Assembly: GCF_000025685.1 (NCBI RefSeq) | Contig: NC_013967.1 | Span: forward strand, 2,670,001 to 2,702,000 | Direction: 5' to 3' | Origin: Haloferax volcanii DS2 | Lineage (GTDB): Archaea > Halobacteriota > Halobacteria > Halobacteriales > Haloferacaceae | Length of the DNA: 32,000 bases | Part shown: one piece after another, positions 27,428 through 32,000 of the stretch | Numbering within the stretch: the stretch's first letter is position 1 | Layout: every line of letters begins with the position of its first letter | The notes under the pieces: model-generated | What the model saw: the letters and a program-made list of their open reading frames with translations, nothing else | Database searches by the model: none | Told to the model about the DNA's origin: nothing | Made by a program: the position numbers and the translations under genes

Positions 27428-27490
27428 GTTCCGGCCGCTCGTTCCCACGTTCCGGCCGCTCGTTTCCGCGCTCCGACCCCTCGTACCCCT
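27428..27490. repeat. 21-bp tandem repeat: two near-identical units plus one degenerate
   Basis: GTTCCGGCCGCTCGTTCCCAC (27428-27448), GTTCCGGCCGCTCGTTTCCGC (27449-27469), GCTCCGACCCCTCGTACCCCT (27470-27490). Confidence 0.6.
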
Positions 27491-27546
27491 CCCGACGAAG
27501 CTTCAAGTACCGAGCCGCGGCCAGCACCGCTATTCTGTGACGCAGG

Positions 27547-27587
27547 CCGCGCGGCGGCTCGCGGGTGTCCGGCACACCGCCGCGCGG
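27547..27587. repeat. perfect 11-bp GC inverted repeat (hairpin, 19-nt loop) between convergent genes
   Basis: CCGCGCGGCGG (27547-27557) is the exact reverse complement of CCGCCGCGCGG (27577-27587). A third CCGCGCGG copy lies near 27607. Confidence 0.7.
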
Positions 27588-27666
27588 ACTCGATTCGGCC
27601 CGCCTGCCGCGCGGCCGTCCGTGCCGGCTGTCAGCTACGATGCCCACGAACCCCGAGACCCGCCAA

Positions 27667-29355
27667 CTACGGGAACGGGTGGAACTCGCGGTCCAGTCGC
27701 GGCTCGAAGCCGAGGTCTCGCGGCACCGACTCGGCGCGGTCAGCGAAGTACGGCTCACCGATAAACAGCGGTTGCGCCGCCGGCACGACCACGCGAACCG
27801 CCTCGAAGCCGAGGCGCGCCACGTCGCGCGGGGTGGTCCGCGCCGCGTAGGCGTCGAGACCGGCGTCTGTGACCGCCGAGACGACCGCGTCGAGTTCGGC
27901 CGCGCCTTCGGGGGTTTCGTCGGGACCGACCGAGTCCGCGGGGATGGTCGCGTCCGGCGAGACGAACGTCCGTGCCGGCTTCGGGAAGTCGGCGTAGGTC
28001 GCAATCGCGCCGCCCTGCGTCGCTGCCTGCTCTGGCCCCATGCCGCGCAGTTCGGTCCAGTTCTGAAGCGCCTCGGCCAGCGCCGACCGAGCGGCGCGGT
28101 TCGCGTCGAGGTCCGCGCCGGAGCCCATGGCGAACTTCGGCCACTCGCCGTCGCGGTGGACCGCCACCGCCACGACCGGCACGTCCACGTCCTGCGTCAC
28201 GAGGAGCGCAGTCACCTCGAGGGACTCAGAGCGGGCGCGGGCCGCCAGCGTCTCGAACGTCTCGTCCGTCACGTCCAGCCCGAGCGGGTCGAACGTCGAG
28301 TACCACGCGAGCATCGTCGCGTCGCGCTCGACGACCTCGTAGAGCCCCGAGAGAATCGCCTCGGTCCCGGAGTTACCGAGGCCGAGACCGGTCGTAATCG
28401 ACGGCTTGTGTCGCTCCGACGGCGGCGGATAGTGGACGAACTCCGCCGGGAGCGAGACGGTCGCCCCGGTCGCGAGGTCCTCGCCTTCGACCCACTGAAT
28501 CGGTTCGTCGGGGTCGGGGTCGCGGAAGGAGTCGGGTCTGACGAAGCGACTCGGCGGCACCGCGGCCGGCCGGGACGCCGCGGGCGCGACGGCGAACTCG
28601 CTGGTTCGGTAGACGCCCGCCGAATAGCGTTCGAGCGCCTCGCCGAGCGCCTTCATGTAGGCCTCGTCCCAGCCGGCGGCCGCGCCGCCGGCGAGTTCGG
28701 CCGCCCGAGCGTCGGCGTACACCGTCGTGTCCGCCGTCTGCGCGACGTAGTACGGAAGCGGGAACGACTCGCGCTCCCCGACCTGCCTGACGATGCCGAC
28801 GCGGTCGTCAACGGCCGATTCGGCCCGCGCGAGCGCGTCGTCTAGCTCGACGGCGCGGAAGTCGCGGTCGAGAGTTCTGTCCCGCTCCGTCGGCGACGGA
28901 GTCGGGAGAAACGACCGCTCGGGGCCGGAGACTTCGACGACGGTCCCGGCCACGTCGTCGCCCGAGAGGAGCGCGATGCCGCGCCGCCCGGCCACCGCGC
29001 CGGCGAGTCGAACGGCCGCACGGTCGCCGCCGGGGCGACCCTCAGACTCCGTGGTAGACGCGACCCGCGCCCGGAGGGCCGCGAAGTCGGCGCTTTCGGG
29101 GTCGAACGCCGAGACGGCCGCGTCGAGGTCGGGGACGGCGTGTCCGCCGACGCCGCCGATTTCGACCGCGAGCCAGCGCGAAGCGGCTTCGTCGGCCGTG
29201 TCGAAGGCGTCGCTTCCGGCCGCGGCGACGACGAATCCGAGGTCGAACGAACCGAGCGAGTCGGGGGTCGACTCCACGACCGTCGCATCGATGTCGGCGC
29301 ACGCCGCGCGAATCGACTCGGCGGCGGGGCCGCTCCCGACGAGTCCGATGTCCAT
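27667..29355 (-). CDS. fused E1/ThiF-like N-domain plus YcaO domain protein (TOMM-cyclodehydratase-like)
   Basis: ATG at 29355 (MDIGLVGSGPAAESI...). YcaO core 'YMKALGEALERYSAGVY', 'SITTGLGLGNS', 'LYEVVERDA'. The protein ends '...LDREFHPFP*'. The track extension to 29610 is Arg-rich and overlaps the upstream gene. Confidence 0.85.
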   Translation of the reverse strand: MDIGLVGSGPAAESIRAACADIDATVVESTPDSLGSFDLGFVVAAAGSDAFDTADEAASRWLAVEIGGVGGHAVPDLDAAVSAFDPESADFAALRARVASTTESEGRPGGDRAAVRLAGAVAGRRGIALLSGDDVAGTVVEVSGPERSFLPTPSPTERDRTLDRDFRAVELDDALARAESAVDDRVGIVRQVGERESFPLPYYVAQTADTTVYADARAAELAGGAAAGWDEAYMKALGEALERYSAGVYRTSEFAVAPAASRPAAVPPSRFVRPDSFRDPDPDEPIQWVEGEDLATGATVSLPAEFVHYPPPSERHKPSITTGLGLGNSGTEAILSGLYEVVERDATMLAWYSTFDPLGLDVTDETFETLAARARSESLEVTALLVTQDVDVPVVAVAVHRDGEWPKFAMGSGADLDANRAARSALAEALQNWTELRGMGPEQAATQGGAIATYADFPKPARTFVSPDATIPADSVGPDETPEGAAELDAVVSAVTDAGLDAYAARTTPRDVARLGFEAVRVVVPAAQPLFIGEPYFADRAESVPRDLGFEPRLDREFHPFP

Positions 29356-29405
29356 GCGCGCGACGAGGAGAGACGGAGGGAAAAAGCGAGGGGGTCGCGG
29401 TCGGG

Positions 29406-30233
29406 CTACGCGTCGAGCAGTTTCTGGGCCTCGTCGGCCAGTTCGTCCGCGCCGGCGGCGACGAGTTCGTCCGCGCCGAGCTTCAGGCGGAGTCGCGGGC
29501 GGCCGACGTCGATAGGAACTTTCTCGGTGTCGATGAGGCCGAGCTCTTCGAGCTTCGTCTTCGTCCGGGAGAACGTCGCCTTGCTGGCGATGCCCACGTC
29601 CTCGCCCCACTTCGAGATATCGTAGAGGAGGACCTCGTTGCGGGCGGCGACGAGCAGCGAGATGGTCACCTCGTCGAGGCCGTCGCCGTCGCCGCGGGCC
29701 GACGACAGCGAGCCGAGCACGGCGTCGAAATCGGCGAGCGTCTCTTCGCTGATGTCCTCGCCGAGCGTCTCGCGAACGCGCGCGAGCGGCGGCGTCCGGA
29801 GCTTGAACTCGGGGGCGTCCTCCCAGTGGGCCTGATGAGCTTCGAACGCCGTCTCGACGAACGCCTCGTCGTCGGTGACGAGGCCGGCGACCTTGTCCCC
29901 GGCGGCGACGAGCGCGACGACCGAGTTCGGCGTGACGAACAGCGTGTTCTCGACTTCGTCGGCGGCGGTTCGCATCGAGAGCGCGCCGTCGGCGACGAGG
30001 TTCGCGGCGTTCGAGGCGACGATGAAGTCGTCGAGCACGTCCTTCAGGACGCCCTCGTCGGCGACGAGCCGAATTTCCGGGAGGTCGCCGTCGATGTCTG
30101 TCGCCACGGCGACGAGCCCCTCGATGACCTCGGCGGTCGGGTTCGCGACCAACACCTCGTCTTCCGACGAGGAGAGGACGGACTGGATGATGTCTTCTAC
30201 CCCCTCAGCGAGTAGATTAGAACGAATAGTCAT
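29406..30233 (-). CDS. haloarchaeal wHTH regulator, TbsP-like (TrmB-like, DUF5821-type)
   Basis: 275 aa, acidic. C-terminal HTH 'GIASKATFSRTKTKLEELGLIDTEKVPIDVGRPRLRL'. The family name is from memory of Haloferax TbsP. Confidence 0.65.
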   Translation of the reverse strand: MTIRSNLLAEGVEDIIQSVLSSSEDEVLVANPTAEVIEGLVAVATDIDGDLPEIRLVADEGVLKDVLDDFIVASNAANLVADGALSMRTAADEVENTLFVTPNSVVALVAAGDKVAGLVTDDEAFVETAFEAHQAHWEDAPEFKLRTPPLARVRETLGEDISEETLADFDAVLGSLSSARGDGDGLDEVTISLLVAARNEVLLYDISKWGEDVGIASKATFSRTKTKLEELGLIDTEKVPIDVGRPRLRLKLGADELVAAGADELADEAQKLLDA

Positions 30234-30254
30234 AGCTTGAATATCGCCGGTAAT

Positions 30255-30262
30255 ATATTTAA
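30255..30262 (-). promoter_or_regulatory. TATA box for the TbsP-like gene (leaderless spacing)
   Basis: The minus strand reads TTAAATAT, starting 29 nt upstream of the ATG at 30233, inside an AT-rich stretch. Confidence 0.35.
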
Positions 30263-30569
30263 TATTAACGCAAGACGACTGGCAGAACGTATTCGAAATC
30301 GAGTTGTACTAACGCTGTATCGAGCGAATTGAGCTGCTAATTTCAGAAATTTTACGTCTATCGTGGAGTGGGAAAATCGGTTCCGAACCGAGGGACTCGG
30401 TCGGAGCGTCGTCGTCACCCGCGGGGTCTGACCCGAGTCGTCTGTTCGGCCCGGAGACACGACGACAGAGGCGGGTCTCGCGCGTTCGTGTATCTGTTCG
30501 CGGTAGCACGCCACAGAATATACATGGGTGTGCAACACAACACCGGCAGGCGTAGCCAAATGGGACACA

Positions 30570-30575
30570 TTTATG
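30570..30575 (+). promoter_or_regulatory. TATA box for glyA (leaderless spacing)
   Basis: TTTATG starts 30 nt upstream of the ATG at 30600. Confidence 0.35.
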
Positions 30576-30599
30576 CCGTGATTGGACCGGATACTACGT

Positions 30600-31847
30600 A
30601 TGGACTACAGCCACGTCCGCGACGTCGACCCCGCCGTGGCAGACGCCCTCGACGGCGAGGTCGAACGCCAGCGCGACACGCTCGCGATGATCGCCTCGGA
30701 GAACCACGTCAGCGAAGCGGTCCTCGAAGCGCAGGGGAGCGCGCTGACGAACAAGTACGCCGAGGGCTACCCCGGCAAGCGCTACTACGCTGGCTGTGAG
30801 TACGCCGACGACGTGGAGACCCTCGCCGTCGAGCGCGCGAAGGAACTCTGGGGCGCGGAGCACGTCAACGTGCAGCCCCACTCCGGCACGCAGGCCAACA
30901 TGGGCGTCTACCTCGCCATGCTCGACCCCGGCGACAAGATTCTCTCCTTGGACCTGACTCACGGCGGCCACCTGAGCCACGGTCACCCCGCGAACTTCAC
31001 GGGCAAGCTCTACGACGTCGAACAGTACGAAGTCGACGCCGAAACCGGCCACATCGACTACGACCAGCTCGCGGAGAAGGCCGCGGCGTTCGAGCCGGAC
31101 ATCATCGTCTCCGGCTACTCCGCGTACCCGCGGGCCGTCGAGTGGGAGACGATTCAGGAGGTCGCAGACGACGTTGACGCGCTCCACCTCGCCGACATCG
31201 CCCACATCACGGGCCTCGTCGCGGCCGGCGTCCACCCCTCGCCGGTCGGCGTCGCGGACTTCGTCACCGGCTCGACCCACAAGACCATCCGCGCCGGTCG
31301 CGGCGGCATCATCATGTGCGACGAGAAGTACGCCTCCGACATCGACAGCGCCGTCTTCCCCGGCGCGCAGGGCGGCCCCCTCATGCACAACATCGCCGGC
31401 AAGGCCGTCGGCTTCAAAGAGGCGCTTCAGCCCGAGTTCGAGGAGTACGCCCAGCAGGTCGTCGACAACGCGAAGGCTCTCGCCGAGACGTTCGAAGACC
31501 ACGGTCTCAGCGTCGTCTCCGGTGGCACCGACACGCACCTCGTGCTCGTCGACCTCCGCGACTCGCACCCCGACCTCACCGGCGGCACCGCCGAGGAGGC
31601 GCTCGAATCGACGGGCATCGTCCTCAACGCGAACACCGTCCCCGGCGAGACGCGCTCGGCGTTCAACCCCAGCGGTATCCGCGCCGGCACGCCCGGGCTC
31701 ACCACCCGCGGCTTCGGTGAAGACGAGATTCGCGAAGTCGGCGAACTCATCGTGAAGGTCGTCGACGCCCCCGAAGACGACGACGTGCTCGCGGAGGTCT
31801 CCGAGCGCGTGCAGGAACTCTGCGACGCCAACCCGCTGTACGAGTAA
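30600..31847 (+). CDS. glyA: serine hydroxymethyltransferase
   Basis: 'IASENHVSEAVLEAQGSALTNKYAEGYPGKRYY', PLP-lysine motif 'GSTHKTIRAGRGG', 415 aa. ATG at 30600. Confidence 0.95.
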   Translation: MDYSHVRDVDPAVADALDGEVERQRDTLAMIASENHVSEAVLEAQGSALTNKYAEGYPGKRYYAGCEYADDVETLAVERAKELWGAEHVNVQPHSGTQANMGVYLAMLDPGDKILSLDLTHGGHLSHGHPANFTGKLYDVEQYEVDAETGHIDYDQLAEKAAAFEPDIIVSGYSAYPRAVEWETIQEVADDVDALHLADIAHITGLVAAGVHPSPVGVADFVTGSTHKTIRAGRGGIIMCDEKYASDIDSAVFPGAQGGPLMHNIAGKAVGFKEALQPEFEEYAQQVVDNAKALAETFEDHGLSVVSGGTDTHLVLVDLRDSHPDLTGGTAEEALESTGIVLNANTVPGETRSAFNPSGIRAGTPGLTTRGFGEDEIREVGELIVKVVDAPEDDDVLAEVSERVQELCDANPLYE

Positions 31848-31944
31848 GCGACGCTCGCAGGCGGCCACTGCGGCCCGACGTTCGGCTTTTCAAACCCCTC
31901 TCCCGAGTAACACTATTAGCCGCGCCGCCGTATCACCGTCCGAT

Positions 31945-32000
31945 ATGGCTCCGATTCGTCGGCTCGTTCTCGACGTGTTGAAACCGCACAGCCCCTCGAC
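31945..32000 (+). CDS. DUF211 (COG1888) family protein, 5' partial at the window edge
   Basis: MAPIRRLVLDVLKPHSPS matches the characteristic DUF211 N-terminus 'IRRLVLDVLKPH'. Confidence 0.6.
   Translation, partial: MAPIRRLVLDVLKPHSPS

Noticed and set aside
27428-27490. A miniature CRISPR-like array.
   Set aside because: The units are directly abutting 21-mers with no spacers, there are only two good copies, and no cas genes are present in the window.
30340-30599. A folate- or purine-related riboswitch (ZTP/pfl or THF) upstream of glyA.
   Set aside because: The structured block lies upstream of the glyA TATA box, which sits at leaderless spacing from the ATG. I do not see the conserved ZTP pseudoknot sequence (CCGCCTGGGC-like).

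Overview
Haloarchaeal-type chromosome segment: very high G+C outside a few islands, strongly acidic predicted proteins, and TATA-to-ATG spacing typical of leaderless transcripts. From memory, the gene order resembles Haloferax-like genomes. I can support about 30 protein genes, one intact tRNA-Leu(CAA), several tRNA 3'-end fragments and a few repeats and hairpins. Layout: (i) 1-8.45 kb looks accessory. It holds tRNA-fragment scars, a lower-GC DUF3592-like gene, and a signal-transduction cluster (two histidine kinases, a Bat-like PAS/GAF/HTH_10 regulator, a HalX response regulator, a small wHTH protein, an RDD protein). (ii) 8.5-12.1 kb carries MgtC/DUF4010, a DsbB/BdbC-like protein and a Cry-DASH-like protein. 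(iii) 12.2-20.4 kb is one long minus-strand, translationally coupled operon: prkA, a prkA paralog, yeaH (DUF444) and spoVR, apparently extended by a membrane-anchored wHTH gene. (iv) 20.9-27.4 kb has small conserved genes, an AstE/AspA-family hydrolase, DUF309, tRNA-Leu followed by an ORF-poor lower-GC gap of about 840 bp, an IMPase-family protein, Lrp/AsnC and DUF63. (v) 27.7-32 kb has a fused E1-like/YcaO protein with an azoline-type C-terminal HPFP end but no visible partner genes, a TbsP-like wHTH regulator, glyA and the start of a DUF211 gene. I saw no CRISPR array, transposase, integrase or recognisable defence system. Most long track ORFs lying antisense to these genes are high-GC artefacts. 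The most interesting items are the orphan YcaO, the extended PrkA module with its long structured upstream region, and the unexplained non-coding stretch after tRNA-Leu.
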